The notes beneath the pieces were generated by a model. It had not been told where the DNA came from. It was given only the letters and a program-made list of their open reading frames with translations, and did no database searches. A stretch of DNA of 64,000 nt from the human T2T-CHM13v2.0 reference genome, Homo sapiens, in assembly GCF_009914755.1 (NCBI RefSeq), contig NC_060928.1, one strand, 5' to 3'. The translations under genes and the position numbers were made by a program. Positions 16,493-30,479 of the stretch are shown piece by piece (within the stretch, counting starts at the first letter, position 1; each line of letters opens with the position of its first letter).

Positions 16493-18380
16493 GCCCAGGA
16501 ACCCAGGATTCCTGTCTTTCCCTGTATATTTCCTACTGTCTGGGGAGTGCTCAGGGTTGAAGGGATTCTTTCTGCTCCCTCACCTGCCACCATGCGTCTA
16601 TCATACATTTATTGGTACTTTGGCCATCCACAATGCCAGCACTCTTTCTCCCATGCGACTAGGTACTTAGGTGTCTGCATCCAAAAGAGCTGTAACTGTT
16701 TACATATCTGGCCTCCATGACATTGCCCATCATAATCAGAAAGTGCGTGGCACTGCTGGTCCCTTGGGAACAGGTTGACTTCAGCCTCATCCTGAATCTG
16801 TAAGGCAATTGTGGTCAGGGTATCAGGGGAAGGATAAATTAGTGGAACCAGAGAAAGTGTGCCAATAAGTGTGTCAGGTTTGCATTCAGGTTTGGGAGGC
16901 ATAGAGGCCGTTCCAACAACACCTTACTCAACCTTGAGAAGTAATTCAATGTCTCCTCTCACACACAAGCCTAATATGGTTGGCCCACCCAAGGCCCAGC
17001 TTTCAGGATTCTTGGACACTTTCTTCTCATTTTTGGAGGAGAGAAGACCATAATCTTGTACTGTTCTTGGCCTTTACAAAGCCCTAAATCAGCTCTGTGA
17101 ACTCCCAAACTCTTTCCCTTCCCTTCCGGAGGAGAGACCAAAAAATAAAACAGCATCTGAAGTGCTTGTTGTATCTCTGCTCCTACGCTGGACTGACCAC
17201 TATCTTCTCAATCCGTCTGTAACAGGCCGAAAAGTCCAGCAACAGTGTGATCCACATATCCACTACCAATTTTCATCTCCATCTGTCTGTGAAGCCTCTT
17301 TTGCTTCCAGAAAATTATGTTTCTCACAGAATCTCATGCTCAACAAGCCTTAAAATTTATGTTTAATACCTATACAGAGTTTATTCTGAAAATAAACACA
17401 TACACACACAGAAAGATCCATTTTTTATGATTAATGAAATACTAGTTAAAATATATTGTATAATTCATAATATAATTATATGCAATCTTAGTGAAAATGT
17501 GAAGATAAGCAAAATCACAAAATATATCACTTTCTAGTCATATAATGCAATTCTATTAAATGTCTGTATAAATGAAATGAAGTCCTAAATGTAACTGTTA
17601 GGTAATATATTCAAGATCATTTGACTGTTACAAAATGCAAGGTCTAAAATAGAATGCGTTGTATTAGCCTATTTTGTTATAAAAAACAACATATCTGCAT
17701 CTATACATAGGAAATGTTTTATAGAATACTAAAAAAAAATTAAAAGTGATTTTTTTTCTGGGTACAGGGAAGAAGGCAAAAGGAAAGTAAGTAGCCTTAA
17801 GAGTTTTACTTTTATACTTCTCTACTACTTGCCACTTAAAATAAGTATCATTTATATTTATATTGAGAATAACAAAGGAAATAATCTTGGAGGAAATGTT
17901 TTTTTTTCTTTTTGGATGAGTAATCTGTGCTTTATCTTCTAACATTCCTGTAATTATGAGACTTTATAATAAAAAAAGTTAATAAAGAAACTGGGTAAAG
18001 GAAAGTAAAGATTATTTGGTCAAGTGGTTTTTCCTTTGGCTACATTGTTTCAATATATTTATTATTATTTATCATAGTCCTGAGGCTAGCTACATAAAGT
18101 GTGTCCTACATTCTCATTATAGTAGAGTAAGTAACAGCTTGATTGGGATGTTGTGATACAAGCTCTATCCAACTCTTTTTCTTGTAGCAGAGTGTCCTAA
18201 AGGAAGATTCTTACTGACAACACTTTCTTCTGTTTGGCTCCTATCACATGTATTGATACTAATCATTGTACCCAAAGGGATGTGGAAAACTTTATTCACT
18301 CAACAAATACTATTGCCAACTTGCCATTGTGCAAACCCCTAAAATAAAACAATGAAGAAGGTTGCTATTCATAGTATTAG

Positions 18381-18846
18381 CGTAGCAGGCTGAATTATGA
18401 CCCTCCAAAGATGTCCATGTCCTATTCCCCAGAACCTGTGAGTATGCTAATTTATATGGTAACAGGCACTTTGCAGATGTAATTTAGTAAAGGATCTTGA
18501 AATGGAGAAATTATCCTGGATTATTTGGGTAGGCTCAATGTAATCTCAAGGGTCCTCATAAGAGAAAGGTGAGAGGATCAGAATCACAGGGACAAGATGT
18601 GAACAAGAAACCAGATGGTTGAGTGATGCACCTTGAAGGTAGAGGAAGGGCCCTGAAACGAGGAATGATGGCAGCCTCTAGAAGCTGAAAAAGCCAAGGA
18701 AGCAGCTTCTCCCCTTAAGCCTCCAGAAGGAACACAGTCCTATGGCACTTTGCTTCTGACCTCCAGAAGTGTGAGAATAAATTTGTACTGTTTTAAGGAA
18801 TCAAATTTATGGTAATTTGTTACAACAGCAATAGGAAACTAATACA
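18381..18846 (+). mobile_element. MaLR LTR (MLT1D/C-like)
   Basis: gcaggctgaattatgaccctccaaagatgtcc...ggagaaattatcctggattat...gttacaacagcaataggaaactaataca. Confidence 0.88.
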
Positions 18847-19059
18847 ATTTCGAAGGAGTTATATATTTGTTAAGAAATAAATAACACACTGTGATCTACT
18901 TGAAATCATGATCATATTGGATTTGATGGTAGGCTTGTCCTTAAGTTTCTCAAAAATGATATTTTATTTATACAGCATTTTGGGTGTAAATTGTACTATC
19001 TTCTCTCCAAGAGGCCACTCTAAAACTAAAGTCAAAGAGCAGAAAATGCTCTACTCAAA

Positions 19060-19120
19060 TCTATCTAATCTCTCTATCTCTCTATCTGTCTGTCTATCTA
19101 TCTATCTGTCTATCTATCTA

Positions 19121-19162
<42 letters not shown>

Positions 19163-19178
19163 ATCTATCATCTATCTA

Positions 19179-19231
<53 letters not shown>

Positions 19232-19322
19232 GGCTAGCTAGCTAGCTAGCTATCTGTGTGTCTATCTATCTATCATCTGTCTATCTGTGGATATCTATAT
19301 CTATATGGATATAGATGTATGT
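19060..19322. repeat. Compound tetranucleotide STR (TCTA)n/(TCTG)n/(GCTA)n
   Basis: Directly visible; longest pure TCTA run about 19181-19230. Confidence 0.97.
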
Positions 19323-21013
19323 AATGGTGTGCAGTCTATAGCTTCAGTTCTATTAGCAATAGAAATTGCACATCCTTGATGGAATTTAGCATTTCAGCAT
19401 GACTAAAATGCTCCACAATATATTATAGGTTAGAATTGGATGTTTTATTCATGCATTCTACTGAGTGGAGTGGAGGTGATCAAATATGTCTTAACTCCCG
19501 CTAATTAAAAAACCCATTGGAGTAATGTTCTCTTAAATCCTCCCTGTGGTCTGAGGAATGTCTAGAAAGAAAGACACATAGCAGTATTTTTTCTCATGTA
19601 TCTAAGTAAATATGGGTCTTTTCTTTTAAAGTCTGATTACAATGGTTTTAATCACCATCAGTTTATTCCCCAGGACTTTGCAACCAAGATTTCAAGAGTG
19701 ATATAAAAATTAAGCTCCATTTGAGCATGGGATGGGGCGTGTTAGCAGAGTTAAGACCAGAGATGAGGCAGCCCTAAAGGATGTACAGCAGCACATCAGG
19801 ATCTCTTTAGATTTGTTACGTTTTGGCTACAACTTGGACAGTTTTATTCACTTTTTCTATTAACTTGACCATCACTTTCTTTATATGAGCTCTTCATCAG
19901 AGTCTCTTAAATCTCTCATGCAAACAGAGCCCTGGAAGGCCTACTCTACTTGTCCATGGAATATGAGTTTCTGTGTCTACTTATCAGTGAATAGAGCTTC
20001 CTTTGTAACTCGGGAAACTTTGCAACTTCTTGGAAGAAGCCCCCAGATGTATTTGCTCAGCAAATCCAAGATTAGAAAATAAAAGTTAATAATTTAGGAT
20101 GACCACACACTCTCAGTTTATTACATTTTCTACTATTCCTTGTTGTTAGACATCCAGCTGCTTCATGCTTGTATGTAACCTGCCTAGATCACAGAAGCAT
20201 ATGATTTGGCAACCTCTGTGTTACCCCTTCTGTCAATTACATGCAGCTCTTCTCCCAATTACATTATATGGTTAAAGTATCTTGGGAGCAAGCAGATTGT
20301 CATTTATGTTTTGTATCCATTTCTTTACAGCTTCTCCCTCCCTGGTTGCTTTAAGTAATGTTCAGTAAGCATTTGTTCAATGATTGATGTCAATATTGAT
20401 TTCTCCCATATCTCTGAGATGCCCTGACTACAGAAAAAAAGTGAGAATCAATGGATGTGAAAGAGAAGGATCCTGTCAAGTTCTTTCCAGATGGTGGATT
20501 GTAGATTCACAGATAGCATTTTTTTTAATGTTGCAATTTTTCTTGAAATAGCCTCTGATTTTCTCCCATGCAGAAAAATGTACTTTTTTTAAGCCTAATT
20601 CTTCTATTAAAAGGTTACATAGATTCTTCCCTTGTTAACCATAAAAAGAATTAGTTTTACTATGCTGTAAAAAATGGTTATATGATGTATAATACATTTT
20701 GTTTAATATGTCAGAAGGGTTATTTTTTATTTTTGACTCAGTTATATAAAGTTACCAAAAAAGTTATTATTAATTATAAAAGTCCATATCACAGAATACA
20801 TGAAATATTAGAAAGTACGTTAAGCATACATGAATAGACAAACAAATATATAACATACCATAATTACCATGTGATTTTAGTACTGATAATTATTCTGGAT
20901 CTATGTACAAATGAAACAATAACATTTGTATCGAATTATATTTTCTCATCTTGATTATGCTACAAAGTTTTCAAAGTTATTTAAAATTGTTTTTGTTATT
21001 TAGGTTTTTAAAG

Positions 21014-21303
21014 CAGTGGTCCCTGACCACCCAGGCCAGGGACTGATATGAGTCCCTGGACTGTTAGGAACCGGGCCGCACAGCAGGAGGTGAGCAGTGG
21101 GCAAGGGAGCATTGCTACCTGAGCTCTGACTCCTGTCAGATCATCAGCAGCGTTCGATTCTCAGAGGAGCCTGAACCCTATTGTAAACTGAGCATTACAG
21201 GATCTAGGTTGCTCCTCGACCCCCGCACTGCCCCCACGCAGTCTGTGGAAAAATTGTCTTCCGCAAAACTGGTCCCTGGTGCTCAAAATTTGGGGGACCA
21301 CTG
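21014..21303. mobile_element. MER1B hAT-Charlie MITE (internally deleted)
   Basis: TIRs cagtggtccc...gggaccactg; ttaggaaccgggccgcacagcaggaggtgagc; degenerate 8-bp TSD ttttaaag/tactaaat. Confidence 0.9.
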
Positions 21304-21507
21304 TACTAAATTCTTATGTTTATTTTTATCTTTAATATTGACTTGGTTGGAAGGTGTGGTTAAGCTCTAAAGCTACCTCTAATTCTGAACCACAGAATTA
21401 GGCAACCCATCCATACAATCACCACCTGGGGACTCCAAAATTGGGTATTATTTTTATGACACTAGGAATGCTTATAAATGCCTTTGGGATGAAAAAACTG
21501 TGAAATT

Positions 21508-21543
<36 letters not shown>

Positions 21544-21582
21544 AAATATATATTTCATAACTATGTTATATATGGTATATAT
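21508..21582. repeat. (TA)n microsatellite
   Basis: Directly visible. Confidence 0.9.
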
Positions 21583-24500
21583 GTGTCATGACACTCTTTG
21601 TAGCTTTACTTGACCATTGATGTTAAATCAATTAATTCATTTGCACAATATAAAATAGAGCATCAATTAATTAACGCTATATTAGTGTGAATTAATTCAT
21701 TTGTTAAATATAAAATAGTAAAGTAAGCTATGAAGAGTGTTATCTATGATTCAAAATCCTTTCATATTATTATTCATTATTATGGGCTTTCCTATTGCAA
21801 AGCAACTAACTATGTACTCATGTACTTGAGTTCCTGTCTTGAGGATTCCATTAGATTTTATGCATGCTTGTTACAAATCTTAGCATATTTTAATTTTTCC
21901 CATGTATATTTCTTCTTCATAATTGTCATGAGCTGCTAAAAATTATCTCCTTCATCTCAGAATCATCACAAAGTAGAACCCAGAGATAAGTATTTCTGAA
22001 CTTTAAAGACTACCCCAGTTAAGAACTACTGATAATTCTACCCTCTCATTGTTCTTATTTCATAGTTTTATTTACTGTTTTGAAAATGTCACATTGTTAA
22101 GGGAAATTTATGGAATATTATTTGTGTAGTCTCATGGCCTGAATTTATGAATTCTTTTCATTATTTATATTTATCATGAGCTCCTAGAAATCAAAGACTG
22201 TTTATTATTCACCTGGATATCCAGCTCCCAACAATATAATGTTGTAAAATCAAATACATGGATGTAAGTATTTACCTGGGACTTTATTCTTTAATTGACT
22301 TGGCTCTCTTTGTTTGAGTTACAGTGACTTCATGAAGTCTAAGCTGTGTAAAATGAAATCTCCTATTGTGGACATTGCAGTCCCTATTTAAAATCTGACT
22401 TGCAACATTTTTCCATTAGTCCTATTGAAGGAAATAGTCCCAGTTCCTGATATTTTTTGCCATGTAGAAGCATTTCCATTTTCTCTGTCATCTCACTCCT
22501 CATGAAAACTTCCTCCAGAAAAACTGAATCATTGTTGTGTTATTTTGAGTTTAATACAGACAACCAGACACGTCAGTTATTTCATTCTGTGAAGCTTCCT
22601 GCCTGCAGAGAGCAGGTCTTCAGATTTGCTCCCAAACAAAAAAGACTTAGATGTCAAACCTCTGTCTAATTGGGAGATACTTGGGGATTCTCAGTAAGAC
22701 TGTGTTTGGGTGGATTGTTTACCTAATTTTGCACTTCACTATTAAAAGCCCATAATTAATCTCATACCCAGTCAGTATTAAATGTGCTATTATTTTGATC
22801 TCACTTTAGTTATGATCTCACTTTAGTTATGCTCTTTAGTAAATCAAGTTTTATAGGGAGAGACCCTCAGCTGGGGAGCATTATGAAGTTTGTGGAAGAT
22901 AAGTTCAATTTAGAGGTGGAGTATTAGTAACCTGTGTATTGATCAAGGAACTTTGAAACTTAAGGGGCAATTGCATGAATCAAATAATTTCAGGATGATT
23001 GAAGCTCTAGTGATGCCACGGCAGGAACATTAAGCATTTATGTCACTGAACTAAAAGAGGAAATAAAGATTTCTTATTATAATTGGAGTAGTACTGGTTG
23101 TTGTTTTGCCTGTAAGGTTTACAGTGACCTCTGTTGTGCCATGTGGCTGCTTTCGCGGTTGCATAGTTGGCTTCTAACTGCTGCAATCTTAAGCTTTAGA
23201 CTTTAAGCCAGTGAGCCACATGGGATTTTGATGTTGGCAGTTACCTACACCTTCTGGCTCTTTTTACATAAGCCAGTATTCATTTGTATACAGAGAAGGT
23301 TGCATTAGGATAGAGTCGAATGGCAAGAAGGTCACAAAACCGGCTTGGGGCCTTATGGTTCAGGCTGCTGCAGCTTGATCTTAAATTGAACAAGTATTTT
23401 GTTGTACGTGAGGGTGAGTTTGGAATACAGTATTTTTTATACACACTGGCAGAAATTAAAATAAGTAAAATATTCTCTGCTTTCCTTTATTGGCCATATC
23501 TGTATGATGAGGATATCAAACATCAAGACACCTGACTTCTGCCTGAGCAACAGAGCACTGTTGAGTTTCTAGAATTGCTGTTCTCCAAGTCTATGTAGGC
23601 AGAGTTAGATGGACTATGATATATTGTATTCAGTGACTAGAGTGAATAATGAAGAAGATCACTTTGGGTTTCTGCAGCTTGTTCACAGGCCCAAGATTCA
23701 ACTTTATGGCATGTCCTATAATTAATTAGGCTTTGCATTGACTAGTTGTATTATCTGTGACCATGGCTTTTGAGTCTCAAGACCCAAATTAAAAGGTGTT
23801 TTGAGGAGCACATGGCAGAGATGTTGATTCTAAGACTCTGGAGCATAAGCTTCAGAAGCATCAATCAAAGATTCAGTTCAGAAAACCTCTGAGAATATTT
23901 CTAAAGCTAAAACAAATCTTGGGATTACCCAACACGAGTGCCAGAAACACAGGGCTCAAATGGAAAATGCAAGTTAAGAATTTTGAATATACATAGAGGA
24001 AAATGAAATATCCCTCATTTAAAGCCCAGTAACTAAAACTGTCTCCAGGCTAAACTTCTAAACTTTGATAGAAGGCAGAAATGGCTTGAATGCACTGTGA
24101 GGGCTAGCCCACACTGCTGCACACATGCACACACACACACACATTCTCAAGTATCATGAACATGGATTTTAAATAAGTAGCATCAACAGACAGCCCACTA
24201 AAATACTAAAATCAAATTTTCTTGTATCTATCTTCCTTAATTCAAATACCCCTGATTCTTTGCTATAATCACTAAGCATTGCATCCTGGTAACACACATT
24301 CATAACAGTTAAAGATGGTTTAGGTAGCAGCTAGACAAAAAGGATAAAAAGTCTACTCAAATATTGATAACCTTTCTAGATGACACATAATTTATTAATA
24401 AAACAGGTAGGCTACAGTTTGGACTTTATTTTTTAACTTTAAATCAGTATGGGAGTAGTTTGATTTTTAGCTTAAGTTCATTTGGGCTTTAATTGTCAAG

Positions 24501-26329
24501 ATAATTTGTGGCTTTAATTCCTCCATGACAATTTGGTAATGAGAGGCAGTTAATTCAAATAAAGTAACATAACACTTTCTGATGCATTGTGTTAGAGTAT
24601 CTTTGTAAAGTCTGATCTCTTTGAAGGGCTTTTAATAGACTATACGGAACAATATACCTAGAAAAAAATCAGAGTGGGCAGTAGAAGAGGAAATACAATT
24701 TCAGCCTTAGGTACAGAATGATCACGCAACTAACTTAATTAATGCAGTATTCTAACCCACTTTAGGCCTCTGTGTTTTCCAAAACCATTTGCAAAATAGC
24801 AGTGCTTTATTTATAATCTCTTCCTTCTCTGTTCCCATATGCTGAATCATCCCCCTTGATCAGAGTCTTAATGGTCGAACACGGTGGCTTAATAAAACAA
24901 ACAGCATCAGCGTTTTGAGAGGATACTTATCCTTCATTTCTCATGACACATTCCAAAAATTAATAGGAAACTTAGTAATAGAGTGATCCATGAATAAAAA
25001 CTTTTGGACTTTTTGTCCTTTCTGGTACTGACTTATTAGTGAGGATGATACAAATTTCACAGCAAATATGGCTTATATTCTCTCTTATAGGGTATCTGTC
25101 TGCGGAGAACATGTGATCTGGGTCACTCTTGGACTTAGATTAAACTTAACAATAAAAAGGCCCTGCTCTTTGGAGATAGCCCTTCAGTTGTCTAGTGCTG
25201 CTAGTCCCTGGGTTGCAAAGTCTATAACTCTAATGTTTAGCACTTGCAAACCCATTTTTGCTACACACCCAGACCGTGTTTTAAAACAGTTGTGTCAAAA
25301 CAACAACCACCAAAAACCTCACTAGCATTTTACTCTCCATCTGCCTGAGTCCTTCGGCCTGACTCCTGATTAACTTTCCTTTGTTTCAGAAGTTTGTTAG
25401 AAAAAAGAATTGTTGAGAATTACAACCATTAATTGTAATTAATTGAATTGATTCTAAGTGTCAGTTTTTGACAATTATTTAGTATAAAATATAAAGAACA
25501 TATACGGATAAGAGAAATAAGAGATAGACTGTGAAGAAAACTAGAAAATCATTTTAAAGTGTATTATCTATGACTGTGCCTAAAAGAGACATTTCAGAAA
25601 CGACATCATCAAAGATTCTGGAATTTGCCTCTATAACAAAAATAGCAATAATGAAATTAAAAAAACATTTATTTTAGATAATTGTCTAAAAATTATGGCC
25701 AAATAGTTTTAGGATTTTTAGAGTATTTGCACAGGCAAGTGCATTTCCAATTAGAAGAAACCGTGTTGACATTTTAGCAGAACAGCTGTGACCCTGCTTT
25801 AGCAATAGACGTGTTTAATGGTAAACTAGTTAGGCCAAGAAAGCACAGATATCATCACAATTGACAGGCTCAGATTTCATGACATCAGTCAAGGAATTAA
25901 ATGTTAACCAGCTGACTGAGATGTTTGTCTAAAGAGTCTAAAGAGTATGTTATTTGAAGATTCATCTCTTCATATAACAATGAACTAATTTATCCCATCT
26001 CACGACCCTTTGAGTTAGTTTCTTTTATCCAATTAGAGTTCCTTCTTTGATATCAGCTGTAAGGCTAGAGTTCACATCACTGCATCCCTTAATAATAAAA
26101 AGAAGAACTGGATGGAACAGAGGGATAAAAAATACTCAAAGAGTTAGAGTTAGAGGGTAGAATTAATTATAAAGATTGAAAAGCTGTAACAAAATATTCC
26201 AATATATCTTACCATTTCCCATGTGAATCATTCTCAGTATGATATGAGATTATGTAATTCCTTAAAAAGCATTGAGCTACTATTCTGTTTACTTTTCTCA
26301 CTGAAAAGGCAATACATTCCTTGTTTGTT

Positions 26330-26644
<315 letters not shown>

Positions 26645-26951
26645 CCTTATTTTTTAAATGCAAAAATGTGATTTAAATGTGCATTGAAGTAGGAAACCAA
26701 ATCCAACATACACATTCTGTTGGAAGAATTGTTCCACGTGTTCAGTTTTCAATTTGATAAGCATTTGGTGGATATTTTAATTTAACTTTAATAATTGATC
26801 TCTCAGCTTAACAGGGGAATAATTCATAAACGTATGTGGATTGATGTTCCCTTCAAATACACTTTTCTCTAAGTGAAAATTGATTGATTCTACTACCTAA
26901 ATCTACAATTATAAGAATCATAGATGTGTATGTTATTAAAAACACATGGTA

Positions 26952-27348
<397 letters not shown>

Positions 27349-28104
27349 TTATTTCATATTTAAATTCAGCATATGAGAAATAATTTTAATGCCCGCATGA
27401 ATATCTTCTTCATCTGTGATGACATGCCAGTTTTCTCTTAAGGATGGTAAGTGTTCATATATTTCATATAAATTCAAAAATATAAAACAAACCATTGCCT
27501 AGTATTGAAACATTCATACCAAAACAAAGGTCCCAAGAAATTAACAAATGTACTTTAAAAAGATTCATCAGGGATTCTTAAAAAGCAACAAATTTTTTCA
27601 CATTGTTCAATAAAAGAACATTTAGAATTACCGAATTAGATGTCAAATTGGCACATTCCTTATATTGATTCACTCATCAGAGTTTCTTATTAGCATGAAA
27701 AATCAGTCTTTATAACATTTTTGCTCATGTTAGAGGTGCGTAATGAGTGAAAAGAAGAAAGCATATAAAAGATGTCAGTGTTTCAAAGCTAAGTTATAAA
27801 CAAAAATAGTAAAAAGAATACAACCATCTTGACTTCCATGCTAATTAGGATGATTTGTTGCCTTTAGCAAATGAAGTTAGAGTTAAGCTACGTTAAATCA
27901 TTGAACAGAGTGGAATATTTCAGAGGAAATATTAGTAAACTACACAAGCTAGAGTGCTTGAATTAAATCTGTGTGAAAATATTGAGGGAAAAGCTCAGTT
28001 TCTCATTTAGCAGCAACTTTAACAAATTAATTTTTCACAACAAATTTACCATGGAAATCTATGGTTAATTGATAAATTCCTTGAATTTTAAATTCAGGAG
28101 GTGA

Positions 28105-28250
28105 GGGCTGTTCATCCAACTACTCATTTTATAGACAAGGAGATGGACCTTGTATTTGATGGATGACTCAAATTTCTCACAGTAACAAAAGCCAACATCA
28201 TACAGCAATCTCTGGGACCTAGTTCTTCTGAATTTTAATCTAGTTATCAG
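28105..28250 (-). mobile_element. MIR fragment
   Basis: catccaactactcattttatagacaaggag...acctagttcttctgaattttaatctag. Confidence 0.6.
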
Positions 28251-29599
28251 ACCGAGAATTGATGATCTGGGCAGACCACAAGAACAGGAATAATAATCAA
28301 CCTCTCAAACCATGCTGGAACACTGAAGAACAACCAAAAGTAGGACCTGGGGAACTGCTTATGGAAGACTCAGATCCCAAATTCAAGGACTAGACATTCT
28401 TCCTGTTGAAATAGTAAAAACAAACCCATGTGGGCCTATCCAGACTAAAAACCCCACAGGTAGATACCTGGAAATAGAGACCCAATCAAAAATTGCCAAA
28501 TGTATTCAAAAACCAATCATAAAGCATCACTGGCTTCCTAAATTCACACTCTAGAAGAAAGTCCCACATTAAGAGAAGACTCACCAGTCAGATTCTGGCT
28601 CAAATGCCATAAACTCTGGCTGTTTTCACTGAGATTTAGTAGATCTTCTTGTATGAATATTTTTTCACTTAACATATGCTCTTTTCTGGAGACTAGATTA
28701 CCATAGATGATTGATGATTGTTTTGTATAATTTTCTAAGTTAAATTACGTTTGTTGTGGTAACAGTTTACCACATTAGTTTTTTAGTGGTTATCTTAATA
28801 ATTATATATATTAGAGTTAACAAATGCAGTTTTTCCTGTCAACTTTCTCTTAATTGCTCTAGTTTTTGTTTGTTTTGCTTTTAGTTTTAGTTGTTCTAGT
28901 GGCTTTCTTTTTAATTCTAAGTATTATACACTCTTAAAGTAGAGAGGTATTAACAAGATATTTGGGGAAATTGTGCATTCACCTACTCCTACATAATGAT
29001 TCTTTGGAAATCAGATTTAGAAACTATATAGAATGTTTCTAAACATAGCCCTATAGAATATTGCAGAGTTTTATTTCGCCTATTTTTTTCTGGACGAGCT
29101 ATCTCCTTTGGTCATTGCTGATATATTTTTACATGTTACAGCTTATTTTTAAATTTTAATTTATCTGAATGAGACATTAAAATATGACATTAAGTCATCA
29201 TATACTTCTTCATACATTTCTAATTTTACTTCTGTGTTGCCAAAGCCTTCTGGTTTGTCTCTGGTTTTGCATGCACGTGGATTTCATTCTCCTTCACTTT
29301 TCCCCTACCTGAATTTTAAATTTTCAAATTTTTTAGTGCTCTGTTCCTTCTGCACCTTTTTTCTCTAGGTTATATTTCATTTCTGTGGTTTTAAACAATC
29401 TCTAAAGATCTTCCCCCACCTCAAAGGTGGTCTCTTGAGCCAAGATTGCCAAATGAAAACATGCAACTGTCTTCTTGACACGTACTTTTGCTTAACTAGA
29501 ACTCATGCTTTCCCACAGGTATGCTGGCCCTACTCTTGACATACATTCACACATTTTTTTCTTTGGACTATTATCATATCAAAGAATAACAACCAAACA

Positions 29600-30470
29600 C
29601 AAAATTTCACATCCCTTCTTGAAATTTTTTTCATCAAGTTTTAATGTCATAAATAAAATAATTTTCAAATAAAACAATTTTGGAGTCATTATCTTTAAAA
29701 ATGTAGGGGAAAATTACCACTGAAATGACCAAATCATTTTCATCCCTGCTACAGTTTAATCAACCAACTTCAAAGAAAATTGTCAGCTTAACATCATTTT
29801 CTCAGTTCATTTGTTCAGTATGGCATTTGAGAAATTTATAACACATCTTTTGACCCTGTCATTCCATAAGGGTACATTTTCAAGCTTGGCTGCCTTTTCT
29901 CAACCTGAAATACATTTGTCCATAGCTTTAGCCTATGGCCTCAATAAATTCTCATCAATTGTATAAGCCTCAAATTCCAATCTTGAAGAAAACTTTAAAG
30001 TTGATTTTGTGGCTTATTTAATCATACTTTTTACTATATTGCTCCTGGAAAACAAATATCTTGAATATCTTGTATTTGCTTCAAAATAATTTTGGTGATT
30101 GTTTTTCATATTTTAATAAAGTTCTTGGCAGCAGTGATGGCATGTAATCAGTTATTCTGTGGGTTTTTTCATATAGGAAATTCAGATTTTTATATTCAAT
30201 TATATTTGCCACTACTAAATACCATACTTGAAATTATCACATGAGAACATTCCATAATTTTAAATTGACTGTACTACTCAGTGATTCATTAATTTTATTT
30301 GGGTCAATGCTATCATTTTCTGCACTGTGAAAATTATTTTAAGATTTATGCTTAATTGGTCTAATTTACCCTGAATTTTTCACAGTATTATATTAATTTT
30401 CATAATTTGAATTAAAAATTTTGACAAGATTATTTTGGGATGTAAATTTTTACCTAGCTCTATCAAAATG
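29600..30470 (-). mobile_element. hAT-Charlie/Buster-type DNA transposon transposase fossil
   Basis: Minus-strand translation 29968->29744: AYTIDENLLRP*AKAMDKCISG*EKAAKLENVPLWNDRVKRCVINFSNAILNK*TEKMMLS*QFSLKLVD*TVAG, colinear with the Charlie/ZBED5 motif series HTIxExLIxP...VPLSxxTVxRRI...FALQLDESTD. Confidence 0.8.
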
Positions 30471-30479
30471 TAAAATTCT

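Noticed and set aside
16344-16720. Three overlapping 82-108 aa ORFs
   Set aside because: Kept open by the stop-free (TC)n tract (SLSLSL / ERERER)
18908-19237. 109-aa ORF with IYLS repeats
   Set aside because: Translation of the (TCTA)n microsatellite
21630-21718. Repeat-spacer-repeat resembling a CRISPR unit
   Set aside because: Only two imperfect AT-rich copies, mammalian context, no cas genes
27430-27452. ttttctcttaag-gatg-gtaagt as a recursive splice site or micro-exon
   Set aside because: Recursive sites need AG directly followed by GT; a 4-nt exon after a weak AAG acceptor is unsupported
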